A program made the position numbers and the translations under genes. This document shows positions 14,976-27,728 of a stretch of 64,000 nucleotides of DNA, piece by piece. Source of the stretch: Pristiophorus japonicus (lineage: Eukaryota); the NCBI RefSeq assembly GCF_044704955.1, contig NC_091979.1:330646001-330710000 (forward strand), written 5' to 3'. Numbering within the stretch: position 1 is the first letter of the stretch; every line of letters begins with the position of its first letter. The notes beneath the pieces were generated by a model. The model was given only the letters and a program-made list of their open reading frames with translations, had not been told where the DNA came from and did not search any database.

Positions 14976-15789
14976 TCACACATCAATACAATTGTAGGGC
15001 ACTCCTGTGGTCACTGGTTTAACTTGTTTAGTTTCAGGGGGTTAAATTTTCCACTAAATGAAGATCCAGTGGAATAGCAGCGTGTTCAGAGATGTTCCCC
15101 TGATTTCGGCAATAGAACTGAATTATTCATTTTAATATTTATTCCCTTTGATATAAATCACATCTGTTCTAATTGAACAAAATTGAAGCCAGTGTAATTG
15201 TTTGAGATATTTCTATTAATGTTCCAACTGTCAATGTTCTTAAAATAAGCCCTTGTTGTGAGTTGAGACTAATCAATAAGTGACTCTGTTGAACTGGTTT
15301 TTCTGCCATGAACACTTCATGGGAACCAGTGAGGGGTTTATGTAAATACACACAGAAATAGAAGTCCCAGATTAGAGTATTGAGCGACAGAAACACAATA
15401 AATGTTTCCCCACCAAAACAGCACAGAAATAAACAGAGAAAGAAATGCAAATGTCTCAACGGATTCCAGTAACAATTGTTTTTTGGGACATTTCTCTAAA
15501 TTATAGGAGAATAAAGTAAAGATGATCCCCACGGTCAGAATGGGGAAAGATTCCAGTCACAGTATACAGTGACATCACAAATGTGTCAGTGGGGATTTCC
15601 TGTATCCTCTCCCTCTCCAAGTTCCACTTTCCGTCTTGTCTCTCAAGAATGGATCATTGGCCTTGCCCTAAACTAGATTCAACATCGAACAAAAGTTTTC
15701 CTTGAGCCCGAATGATATGCCTCGATCCAAATTGATTGGAGTGCGCAGAGGGAGCTTTAATCCAAAATATGACCTGTGCATTAAATAAC

Positions 15790-16265
15790 CTGGAAGTGTT
15801 TGATGGGACAGTGTAGAGGGAGCTTTACTCTGTATTTAAACCGTGCTGTACCTGCCCTGGGAGTGTTTGATGGGATAGTGTAGAGGGAGCTTTACTCTGT
15901 ATCTAAACCGTGCTGTACCTGCCCTGGGAGTGTTTGATGGGACAGTGTAGAGGGAGCTTTACTCTGTATCTAAACCGTGCTGTACCTGCCCTGGGAGTGT
16001 TTGATGGGATAGTGTAGAGGGAGCTTTACTCTGTATCTAAACCGTGCTGTACCTGCCCTGGGAGTGTTTGATGGGACAGTGTAGAGGGAGCTTTACTCTG
16101 TATCTAAACCGTGCTGTACCTGCCCTGGGAGTGTTTGATGGGCCAGTGTAGAGGGAGCTTTACTCTGTATCTAACCCGTGCTGTACCTGCCCTGGGAGTG
16201 TTTAATGGCACAGTGTAAATGGAGCTTTACTCTGTATCTGACACATGCTGTACCTACCCCGGGAG
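15790..16265 (+). repeat. ~67-bp tandem repeat (CCGTGCTGTACCTGCCCTGGGAGTGTTTGATGGGACAGTGTAGAGGGAGCTTTACTCTGTATCTAAA), ~7 copies
   Basis: Visible tandem units. Same family at 36.4 kb and 53.7-56.0 kb. Confidence 0.95.
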
Positions 16266-16590
16266 TTACAGGGTTTAATGCAGTAATAAGTGAGGCAGGT
16301 TCTAGTTTAATATGAACAGAGGCATGGTCTAGTGCAGTGAAACTGATGACAGTGTCCAGGCTAATATAAACAAAGACATGGTCCAGTTTATTGATATGAA
16401 AGAATGGGGTGAGTGTAATATAAACCGTTTCCTTGTCCAGTTTAATATAAATATAAATATTGTGTAATAGGAACAAAGGCATGGTATACTCCAGTAATAT
16501 CTGAGACAGGGCCTCGAACAATATTAGTAGTTCTAGAGCAGTAATAACTGAGGTAGGGCCCAGTGCAGTAATTACTGATACAGGGACATT
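16266..16590 (+). repeat. Highly degenerate 27-bp satellite units
   Basis: Recurring (A)GTGCAGTAATAACTGAG / AGTTTAATATAAAC motifs at ~27-bp spacing, same orientation as the 1-12 kb array. Confidence 0.7.
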
Positions 16591-16609
16591 GTTTTATTGG
16601 TTCCTGACA

Positions 16610-17010
16610 TGTGGGTGTGGGTGTCACTGACTAGGCCAACATTGATTGTCTGTCCCTCATTGACCTTGAGAAGCAGGTGGTGAGCTGCCACCTTGAACCG
16701 CTGCAGAGCGTGTGGTGAAGGGACCCCCACAGTGTTAGGGAGGGGGTTCCACGAATTGGACCCAGCGACTATGAAGGAACGGTAATACATTTCCAAGTCA
16801 GGATGGTGTGTGATTTGGAGGGGTATGTGGAGGTGATGGTGTTCCCATGAGCCTGCTGCCCTTGACCTTCTAGGTGGAAGAGGTCGCAGGTTTGGGAGGT
16901 GCTGCCGAAGATATCTTGGCGAGTTGCTGCAATGCATCTTGTGGATAGTAATCACTGCAGACATGGTGCGCCGGTGGTGGAGGGAGTGAATATTTAACGT
17001 GGTGGATGGG
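16610..17010 (-). mobile_element. LINE (CR1/L2-group) 3' fragment
   Basis: Minus ORF 16572-16964 has RT C-terminal-like motifs (RQHLPNLRPLPPRR...SFIVAGSNSWNPLP). Confidence 0.55.
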
Positions 17011-17189
17011 GTAATATAAACTGGAGCAGGGTCTAGTGTAGTAATAACTGAGACAGGCTCTGGTGTATTATAGAATCAGAGAACGGTTACAGCACAGAAG
17101 AGGGCCATTAGGCCCATATAGTCCGTGCCGCTCTCTGCGAGAGTATTACAGCTAGTCCACTCCCTGCCCTTTCCCGAAGCCCTGTGAAT

Positions 17190-19847
17190 TCACTAGACCC
17201 TGTTTCTGTTTATATTACACTAGACCCTGTCTCTGTTTATATTACACGAGACCCTGTCTCTGTTTATATTACACTAGACCCTGTCTCTGTTTATATTACA
17301 CTAGACCCTGTCTCTGTTTATATTACACTAGACCCTGTCTCTGTTTATATTACACTGGGCCCTGTCTCTGTTTATATTACACTAGACCCTGTCTCTGTTT
17401 ATATTATACTAGACCCTGTCTCTGTATATATTACACTAGACCCTGTCTCTGTTTATATTACACTGGGCCCTGTCTCTGTTTATATTACACTAGACCCTGT
17501 CTCTGTTTATATTACACTAGACCCTGTCTCTGTTTATATTACACTAGACCCTGTCTCTGTTTATATTACACTGGACCCTGTCTCTGTTTATATAACACTA
17601 GACCCTGTCTCTGTTTATATTACACAAGACCCTGTCTCTGTTATATTACACTAGACCCTGTGTCTGTTTATATTATAATAGGTCCTGTCTCTGTTTATAT
17701 TATACTATACCCTGTCTCTGTTTATATTACACCAGACCCTGTCTCTGTTTATATTACACCAGACCCTGTCTCTGTTTATATTACACTAGACCCTGTCTCT
17801 GTTTATATTACACTAGACCCTGTCTCTGTTTATATTACACTGGACCCTGTCTCTGTTTATATAACACTAGACCCTGTCTCTGTTTATATTACACTAGGCC
17901 CTGTCTCTGTTTATATTACACTAGACCCTGTGTCTGTTTATATTATAATAGGTCCTGTCTCTGTTTATATTACACTAGGCCCTGTCTCTGTTATATTACA
18001 CTAGACCCTGTGTCTGTTTAGATTATAATTGGTCCTGTCTATGTTTATATTGCACTAGACCCTGCCTCTGTTTATATTACACCAGACCCTGTCTCTGTTT
18101 ATATTACACTAGACCCTGTCTCTGTTTATATTACACTAGACCCTGTCTCTGTTTATATTACACTAGGCCCTGTCTCTGTTTATATTACACGAGACCCTGT
18201 CTCTGTTTATATTACACTAAGCCCTGTCTCTGTTTATATTACACTAGACCCTGTCTCTGTTTATATTACACTAGGTCCTGTCCCTGTTTATATTACACTA
18301 GACCCTGTCCCTGTTTATATTACACTAGACCCTGTCTCTGTTTATATTACACTAGGCCCTGTCTCTGTTTCTATTACACTAGATCCTGTCTCTGTTTATA
18401 TTACACGAGACCCTGTCTCTGTTTATATTACTCGAGACCCTGTCTCTGTTTCTGTTACACTAGACCCTGTCTCTGTTTATATTACACTAGGCCCTGTCCC
18501 TGTTTATATTACACTAGACCCTGTCCCTGTTTATATTACACTAGACCCTGTCTCTGTTTATATTACACTAGGCCCTGTCTCTGTTTCTATTACACTAGAC
18601 CCTGTCTCTGTTTATATTACACGAGACCCTGTCTCTGTTTATATTACACTAGACCCTGTCTCTGTTTATATTACACTAGACCCTGTCTCTGTTTATATTA
18701 CACTAGACCCTGTCTCTGTTTATATTACACTAGACCCTGTCTCTGTTTATATTACACTGGGCCCTGTCTCTGTTTATATTACACTAGACCCTGTCTCTGT
18801 TTATATTATACTAGACCCTGTCTCTGTATATATTACACTAGACCCTGTCTCTGTTTATATTACACTGGGCCCTGTCTCTGTTTATATTACACTAGACCCT
18901 GTCTCTGTTTATATTACACTAGACCCTGTCTCTGTTTATATTACACTGGACCCTGTCTCTGTTTATATTACACTAGACCCTGTCTCTGTTTATATTACAG
19001 TCGGCCCTGTCTCTGTTTATAATACACTAGACCCTGTCTCTGTTTATATTGCACTAGACCCTGTCTCTGTTTATATTACACTAGACCCTATCTCTGTTTA
19101 TATTATACTAGACCCTGTCTCTGTTTATATTGCACTAGACCCTGTCTCTGTTTATATTACACGAGACCATGTCTCTGTTGATATTATAATAGGTCCTGTC
19201 TCTGTTTATATTACACTAGACACTGTCTCTGTTTATATTACACTAGACCCTGTCTCTGTTTATATTACACGAGACCATGTCTCTGTTTATATTATAATAG
19301 GTCCTGTCTGTTTATATTACACTAGACACTGTCTCTGTTTATATTACACTAGACCCTGTCTCTGTTTATATTACACGAGACCATGTCTCTGTTTGTATTA
19401 TAATAGGTCCTGTCTCTGTTTATATTGCACTAGACCATGTCTCTGTTTATATTGTAATAGGTCCTGTCCCTGTTTATATTACACTAGGTCCTGTCTCTGT
19501 TTATATTGTAATAGGTCCTGTCCCTGTTTATATTACACTAGACCCTGTCTCTGTTTATATTACACTGGACCCTGTCTCTGTTTATATAACACTAGACCCT
19601 GTCTCTGTTTATATTACACTAGACCCTGTCTCTGTTTATATAGCACTAGACCCTGTCTCTGTTTATATTGCACTGGACCCTGTCTCTGTTTATATTACAC
19701 TAGACCCTGTCTCTGTTTATATTACACTAGACCCTGTCTCTGTTTATATTACACTAGGCCCTGTCTCTGTTTATATTGCACTAGGCTCTGTCTCTGTTTA
19801 TATTACAATCGGTCCTGTCTCTGTTTATATTACACTAGACCCTGTCT
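17190..19847 (-). repeat. 27-bp satellite array in inverted orientation (ACCCTGTCTCTGTTTATATTACACTAG)
   Basis: Reverse complement of the 1-12 kb unit, dominated by the ATAAAC variant. Confidence 0.98.
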
Positions 19848-20799
19848 CAAGTGGCCTCACAAAGTAACAGAGTGATTGAAATAATTTTGAAAAACTGAAA
19901 GGAGAGGTACACACTGAGCCAGTACAGCATTACATCAGTTTTTAAAAGAGGCAAGAATCTAAATGACGTGTTGTTTGAGCAGAGTTCAGGCAACCAGGAC
20001 TCTGGTGACAAGCAACCTGGGACATGTAAATAGCTGCAAATCCAAAACCAGATACAAAGCAGGAGCATGGGGAAACAGATTCATAAGCCGAAAGATTAAA
20101 TGCGAGCTGCCCAGTGTAATTTACGGCAATCTGATGCAAACAATGCTACATCTTGTATAACAGGGAACCAGGGAACTGTCAATGAACCAGTCTTACAGGG
20201 TACCTCAGTGCACCAGAAGAGAACATGAAGGCAAATCTATCAGCAGACGTTTCATGGAACGTGGGGTTCAGTCCCTGGAAATTATGTGGCTTGAAACCAA
20301 TATGAGCTGGACAAGCACACAAAGGAAAAAGACAGAGAGAGATTCTGGGAATCAGAAACCCAGTTACCAAATTGCCTCAATCAAATATAAAGCAGGAAAT
20401 CTCTGACCCAGACCCAAACCTAAAGTATCCACAAAAAACTAACCCAACTCCCATGGAAAGCCTACAGTAACGCTAACCCTATCTCACAAACCCAAACCCT
20501 GACGCAAACCACAACACCAACCCTAATCCCAAATTCCAACATAACCTCTACTTTAACCCTAATGACACTAACCCGAATGACCCCAACACTACCGACCCGA
20601 ACTCTAAGCTAAACCCTGAACCTAAAATACCTTCAACCATAATTCTTATCTCCATCTTAAGCATGGCTACTCTTTCAACTAGCTACACCCAATTTAAAGA
20701 CTCTAACACATGCCTTGAAATCCAACTACATCCTGAGCTCTAGCTGGATAATAGCAAGTAGAATTATACAAAAAGCAATAAAAGGCATGTGACAAATAA

Positions 20800-22326
20800 A
20801 AGTGGCAGATACCAGAGGAAAACCTCAAGAAATGAAAATCCAAGCGCAAGAGAGGACAATGACCCTATTGCCCATAAAGGAAACCATTACAGCTGTAAGG
20901 AGGGATGATATGTTGGAAAGATCATCGAATGACTCCATATAGGTTGAACTGAAGAACAAAAAAGGGACAAGCACACAACCACAGATCCCTAAACAGTCAG
21001 AGGGAGATAGAAGAGCAAATATACAGCCACTTTTCTGAGAAGTCCAAAAACAATAGGGAGCATTAGCAGGGGGATTCAACTACCCTCGAACTCTGAAGAT
21101 GCATTCAGAAGAACCTTTTTTTAGCCAGAACGTAGCAATGACAACGAGCAGTTCTGGATTTTGTTTTAGGGAATGAAACTGGCCAGGTGGAAGGGGTATT
21201 AGTGGGAGAGCAGTTTGGTGCTTGTGATCAAAATTCAGTTAGATTTAGCATACTTATGAAAAAGGTAGACTAGGTGTAAATGTCAATTGGGGAAAGCCAA
21301 TTTTAATAAGCTGAGAAGGGATTTAACAAAAGAGACGGGAAACAGCTACTTGGAGGTAAATCAGTGTCAGAGCAGTGGGAGGCTTTCAAAGCGGAGATAG
21401 GGAGGGTACAGAGCAAGAATGTTCCCATAAAGAAAAGGGGTGGGACTCCAAAATCTAGATCCCCTGGATGTCACGGAGCATACTATAAGGCAAAAAAGGG
21501 AAGCTTTTGTCAGGTACAGAGAGCTCAATACTACAAAAAGCCTGGGGGAGTCTCGAAAGTGGAGGGTGAAATGAAAAGGGACATTTGGAAAGCAAAGAGA
21601 GGGCATGGAAATGTTGGTAAGTAAAACCAAGGAAAACCCAAAGGTGGTTTATAAATACATAAAAAGCAAGGGATCAAATCGGTAACCTATGTGTGGAGGC
21701 AGAAGACATGGGTCTGGTTCTCAATACATACTTTGCGTCTGTCCTTCCAGACAGAGGGACAATGCAGACACTGTAGTTAAGGAGGAGGAGTGTGAAATAT
21801 TAGATGGGATAAACATAGAGATGGATGAAGCATTAAGTGGTTTAGCATCTTTGAAAGTAGACAAATCACCAGTCGTGAATGAAATGTATCATAGGCTGGT
21901 AAGAGAGGCAAGGGAGGAAACAGTGCAGGCTCTGACCATCATTATCCAAACCTTTCTGGCCAGAGGCATGGTGCCAGAGCACTGGAGGACTGCTAACATT
22001 GTGCCATTGTTTAAAAAGAGGGAGAAAGGGATAGACCGAGTCATTATAGGTCAGTCAGCCTAACCTCGGTGGTGGCAACATTATTGGAAATAGTTCTGAG
22101 GGACAGGATAAATTTTCATTTCGAATGCCACAGATTAATCAAGGACTGTTAAAGTGGTTTTGTTACAGGAATGTCATATCTGACTAACTTGGTTACATTT
22201 TTTGAGCAGATAATGAGAAGGGTTGATCAGGGTAAGACATTTGATGTAGTCTTCATCAAGTTCAGCAAGACCGTTGACAAGGTCACACCAGGCAGGTTGG
22301 TCAGAAAACGTAAAACCCATGGGATG
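20800..22326 (+). mobile_element. Degenerate CR1 LINE ORF2, 5' part (interrupted by the LTR element)
   Basis: Remnants such as LKVDKSP...MVPEHWRTANIVPLFKK and FDVV..FSKTVDKV, with many frameshifts. Confidence 0.85.
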
Positions 22327-22949
22327 TGTTGTAGGTATTAGGCACCCTAGGGCAACGGCACCTGTAGGATAAGGTTAGAATTAAATATGTAACTTGTACC
22401 ATAAAATGGCTACCAGTGAAGCCTCAAGGGATTTCTGTTCGCTGAAATAGACCGCATTCCTGGAGACTGATACTTGTTGTTTCCCACACACAGGACCAGC
22501 AAGCAAGCTCTGCAGGTGTCTTTAATCAGCCAGGCCTCAGGACCAAATGTTCTAGTAACAATACGGCTCTGTAGCAGGATGGAGATAAGGAGGCTACCCA
22601 ATGCCAGCATCCAAGGACAGTAAGATAAGGGAGGTCCATGCCATGTTACAAGATACATGAGTCATCCCTAGCAACACACCCCTTAGCAACACATCTCTTG
22701 GCAACACATGAGCCACTTTACGTTTAGAGACTAACGCTATTGGTCTAATGTAACTGTCGTAAACTCTTGTATGTAACTGTGGCAAACTGTTGTAAAACAT
22801 ATAAAGATCCATGAAACCCTTTGTTCAGCGGAGAGAAGCCTGGACTCAGTTTTGTGATTTCCTGCCCGCTGGCGTAAATAAAGGCCGCACTGGCGTTGGA
22901 ACCGACTCTGAGTGTTGAGTGATTCTTCTGACAAACACTAACACTAACA
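22327..22949 (+). repeat. 5' LTR
   Basis: TGTTGT...CTAACA. TATA-like CATATAAAG at ~22798 and AATAAA at ~22877. About 16 mismatches to the 3' LTR, counted by eye. Confidence 0.95.
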
Positions 22950-22950
22950 G

Positions 22951-22968
22951 TGGCATCACGAACAGGAT
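22951..22968 (+). promoter_or_regulatory. Primer-binding site, tRNA-Ser(CGA)-type
   Basis: TGGCATCACGAACAGGAT is one mismatch from TGGCGTCACGAACAGGAT, the complement of a vertebrate tRNA-Ser(CGA) 3' end as I recall it. Confidence 0.75.
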
Positions 22969-23489
22969 TTCGGGGTCACTGGGCGCCCTTGGAAAAACCC
23001 GGGTGAGTATACATAACGATTTTTAATTATAAAGGGTGCGGAAGGTGGCTGCTGGTTGATTGACACGAGGAGACGGTCTAATATCTCAAACACTTAGCCT
23101 GAGCCAGAATTAAGAGGACTTTAGACCCACGTGACGGCCAGGAATTAAATAGGTGCCGGGAACACACTTGGACCGTGGGATCGTGATACTGAAAGGCATC
23201 TTCCGGACCCAGCAGTGTAATTTGAAATATACCCCGGGGTATAACCAAGCGGTGTACAGCGGCTAACGGAATCCAAACCTGTGAACAGGGTCGGACCAAC
23301 GGGCAAGAGCGGTGGTAGATAGTCGTTAAGGTTAACGTAAGCACTGCGGGAATTGCTTAAACGCGTTTTAAGAATTGTATAAGTCTGTGTAACAGCAGAA
23401 CTTGTGACCTGACGGTTTACTACAAGTTACGCTAGGTAGAAAGCGGACCTCTGAGAGTAGATACCTAACGGTTCTAGTCCTACCCAGGA

Positions 23490-23705
23490 ATGGCCATGAA
23501 AACAAGTAACCTCGAGTGGGGACCAGAAGAGTCCATTACCCGCCACCTGGCGGAAAAGCAAAAGAAACTAATCGAAAAAATGATTAGAGCAGGGTGGAAT
23601 CCTCAGGAACTACCAGCAAAGCAACGGGAATGGTGGGAGAAGGAACGGAAAGTCAAAAAGAAAAAAAAGGCTGTGGTCTTGATACTGCGAGCCCATGTAA
23701 ATTAA
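23490..23705 (+). pseudogene. Possible gag N-terminal remnant
   Basis: ATG-initiated ORF downstream of the leader (71 aa, basic, Trp-rich), followed by AT-rich decayed sequence. Assignment is by position only. Confidence 0.35.
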
Positions 23706-25493
23706 CATAGGAAGCTAAGATTTAAAAAAACTGATGGTGATTGTCTTAAGTGAAGTATGGAAGAGGAATAGAGCCGGCCAAAAAAAAAGATTACTAGGAA
23801 AGAAGAGAGACTTTTGTGAACGTCTGTTTTAAATGAGAAGTGCCCGTGTGATTTTGTGACTGCGGAATGAATTTTTATGTTGTCATGTTTCTGAAAGCCT
23901 GGTTGGAAGAGGAATGCAAGTGTCTGTTTATTTTAGCTAACCCTTTGTAGTGTTGTCCTGTATGTGGGGAGTTTTAAGACATTTAAGTTAGAAACGCAGG
24001 TGTGGATTTATTCGGATGATAAGTTATGGAGCTAGGAAATGTACAAACGATAGGTTTGTTGAGCAAAAGATAAAAAAATACATGGTCCCGGTGGTTAAAA
24101 AAAAATAATAATTTACTTGTCGAAAGAAAACATGCAATGATTGATTGGGTTGAAAGACATAAATTTAGTCTCGGAATGAGATCAAGAATGCTTTTAAAAA
24201 AAAAGAGCTTCTAGCAAAAAAAAAGGTTTTAAATAAAGATTGAAATGACAAAGTTTGAATTGGGATTTTGAGATATTCAGAGAAGGCACAGAAAATAAAG
24301 ACGCCACTTTGAAAGTAAACAAAATGTGTTTGTGATGGAAAAAGACATAACTTACTAAATACTAGTTGATGTTTTTCTGTGAAAAAGATATTGGTTTAAT
24401 TAGAAAAAGAAATAAATTTTTGAAGAGGTAAAAAACACTCAACATTGACAATGATTTTAAATTATGAGAAAGTTTCAATGCAGTTTGAAAAGATTTCCAA
24501 AATGGACAGTGTTTATCAAGAAAAGTCCCGAACAGTCTAAACAAGCAGGAGGGTTTTGAAGATCTAAGCTATGCGAATTCAGCACAGGAAAAAAACTGGG
24601 AATTAGAGAATCTTACTGAATTCTTAAATTCTTATGGAACTGGCACAGAAGTTTAGATTTTGTGCTGAGAGAGAAATAAAAAAATAAAAAAATTGAATTT
24701 CAGTGAACAAAATTGCTATTGTATGTGTGGTCCCGTTTTAAATCAATTTAAAAAAAAAATTTATTTGGCAAGTACTTGAATTAGAAGTTAAGAAAACATT
24801 GGAGGTTACTCTAATGATTTATGCTGTTTAACGGATTCCTAATTTCTAAGCCAGTTTTGAAGGCACAAAGACTTTTTTTTTCAGATGATTACGTGAAGTC
24901 ACGTAATGACATCAGGTCTTCTTACGAACCTGGAAAGGAGTTAACCCTTTCCATTGACAGCCGTTTAAGATACTGAACATTATTAGTTTGGATTTCTTAA
25001 TAGAAAAAAAGACTCACCTAACAGAGGAAACATGAAATAAAAATAGAACTAGCTTATGTAATAATACTTGCCTGATACAATAAAGAAATAGATACTCAAT
25101 AAAACAAATTGAAGAGTTAAAAGCTAAGATAAACAGGCTGGAAGAGATAACGGGACTAGACGGATAGTGCAGTGCACAGCCATAGCACCATCACCTCTGG
25201 CAATAGAGCCAATGTACCCCACGGTGGGTAGGTGTAGTCCACAAACACAACCTAACGGTAAAGCAGACAACGATGTTCGGAGGAATAGCTTTGACCTTGG
25301 TCATAATAGGAGTTTGGGTAATATTTAAGTGGGTAAAGACACGGGCGCACGCCCCACAGATTCAACTCGAAATGGTTCGATTATAACCTTGTGCTTCTGA
25401 TTTCGCAGGGTGACAGGGATACTCGTAGAGCAAAACCTAACCCCTGGTGACGACCAGGCCGTCTGTTTAAAATTACAGATAATACCTACCAGA

Positions 25494-27575
25494 ATGGGAA
25501 TACGAACGGCGCTACTCGTAATATGGATAGCCCTGCGACAGGCACGTACCCTGGGCAACACCGACGGATTGCAGCGCACTCAGGAAATAAACAACGACAT
25601 GAACTATGGAGTCTTGTTTAATTTAACAGATGGAATGTGCATCCCAGCAGCCAAGGACTGGAGCAAGGACAGGACTTATTTTAATGCATGGTTACAAGTG
25701 AATCCTAATAAGAATAAGCGTATGTGTACAATGCTCCACGGGTATAAGGAGCAGCTGCATTAAACGGAGGGATGTCAAAGGGCCTGATGAATGTACTTTC
25801 GGCATAATTTGCGTGCCTCCGGGACAATCCCAGCAATCAGTCATCCGCAAAAAGGGAGTGGGGCTGTGTGGGTATTACGAGGGGGGTGGGGGCGGCTGCA
25901 ATATCATTGTATGTATGTTTCTCACCCCCTCCGACACCGCGCCCCATAAGAATCACTACATTGCCCGAGGAACTGCCTTGCCCCATAACTACTAAGGGAC
26001 CAGAAAATGGGATTGTAATGTACAACGAAGGGGAATTATTGTATGATAATGTTAAACATGAAATTGTGCCTGTTCTGATCAATATTTCAGGCATCCAGAT
26101 GCCGGAATACTGTACAGAACAGTCAAGGAAAATGTACAATGTATTAAGTAAAGTTGTAATGCAGCAGGCTGCCGATGCAATGGGTGCCTGTAGGTTCCGA
26201 GGACAGGGGTTAGCCCCCAGGACAAAGAGGGAACTAATTAATGATAATGCTCCCGTTTTCAATACAGGGACCTCCGCAGTAAACTCGATAGACATACAAG
26301 GATTAAATGAGAGGGTGGAACAGCTTAGAGGGGTGATGATGGGGTTATTAGAGAGGGTGGAGCAAAACCAGGAAGACCAAGCCAACCTAGGAAAGGAGGG
26401 TGCCGAAATCCAGTTGGATGGCATCTCAGTCCTGGAAGCTCACGCCAAAACCATCAATCATCTCATTGATAGAGAAAAAGAAGATACAGGAAAGCAAAGA
26501 CAGGGGCAACTCTGTCACGCTTATGGTATGTGGATGGTGGGACAGATCTGCCACAATCTCGACTAGATCCAACGCGGGGAAGTACCCGATTGGATAGACA
26601 GTTCACATCTGGCTCAGTTGGCTAACCAGAGGGGGACATTGGATAATTGTACTCTGAAGGGGCTGACCCGAGTATACCCAACAATTCCAGATTGCCAGAT
26701 GGGTAGGACTACCGGGATAGGGATAGTCCTGATGAACCCTATAGCCACGCCAGACTCAGGGCCGTTTCCCCTATACCAACTAGAGAATATCGGAGCAATA
26801 CGGGAAAATGTCTCCATCCGTTATTATCTGACCACCACCTCCGCCGTTCGTCGAAACAACATACTTACCGGGATTTCCCTAACACATTGCAAGCAAAGGG
26901 GGGAGATCACAGTATGCCCTCACTCGGTGGGCCGAGGGGAGCTGGACGAGTGCGGGTTTAACCGAACCGACGGGTGTGTACTAGAAATAGTGCCTGCACA
27001 TAGGTACTTCGCGAGATCAGGTTATGGAGGAAAAGGAAGATACTGCATCTCTACCACAGAGCGTTCATACCAGTATAATAACCTGCAGTGCCCTATACCA
27101 CAGCCAAACTTTTGCTTCACGCCACTACGACCTGTCACGATCGGGCAAGCGCGTATCACCCAGGTCAGGCACCGGAAGCCTGAAGCTATTGATGTAACCG
27201 ATCAGCTCCATGATCATTTGCAGGATTATGATGAGCCAGATCAGGTCCCTATTGAGGCTCAGGGTGGGTCAATCCGTAAAGCTCTACCACCATCTGCAAA
27301 CTAAAATCAAAGTACTGGAAGAAGATATCGAAATAGACTTACAAAGTCACAGTTGGTGGAGAAAGGTCTGGGACTGGGGAATAAATGTGAACATCCATCC
27401 TTGGATTCGTATAATTTCACACATACTGGTCGGGATACAATTGATCTTAGCAATAACATGGGGCATAATGACCTGCCAGGCATGCAGGCACCATGCACAA
27501 CGAAGAGGGACCCATGATCTGTCCCCAGATACTAAACAAGCCTGTCTAATAAAGGAGAAGGAGGATTTGACCTGA
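25494..27575 (+). pseudogene. env-like class I fusion glycoprotein, disrupted
   Basis: Signal peptide MGIRTALLVIWIAL, furin site RTKR, fusion-peptide-like ELINDNAPVFNTGTSAVNSIDI, heptad region, Cys-rich ectodomain, Trp-rich membrane-proximal region SWWRKVWDW and TM IISHILVGIQLILAITWGIM. In-frame TAG at 26564-66 and frameshifts near 25.75-25.87 kb and 27.25 kb. Confidence 0.85.
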
Positions 27576-27715
27576 GTTAATTTGATCTAAGCAACCGGGA
27601 CTCCTGAAACCGCGTGACTGGCCAGCACGTTGAGGCAGGGAGTACCGGGCCGTGCACAAAATCTAACATAAGTAGGGCGGTTTGTTAAAGGGGGACTAGG
27701 ACTAGTCCTCTTACC

Positions 27716-27727
27716 GAAAGGAGGGAA
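27716..27727 (+). promoter_or_regulatory. Polypurine tract
   Basis: GAAAGGAGGGAA immediately before the 3' LTR. Confidence 0.85.
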
Positions 27728-27728
27728 T

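Noticed and set aside
15445-15452. Perfect octamer ATGCAAAT
   Set aside because: 16 kb from the V promoter, beyond a satellite and an LTR element. Expected by chance.
1-19847. CRISPR-like appearance of regular short repeats
   Set aside because: No unique spacers, no cas genes, vertebrate context.
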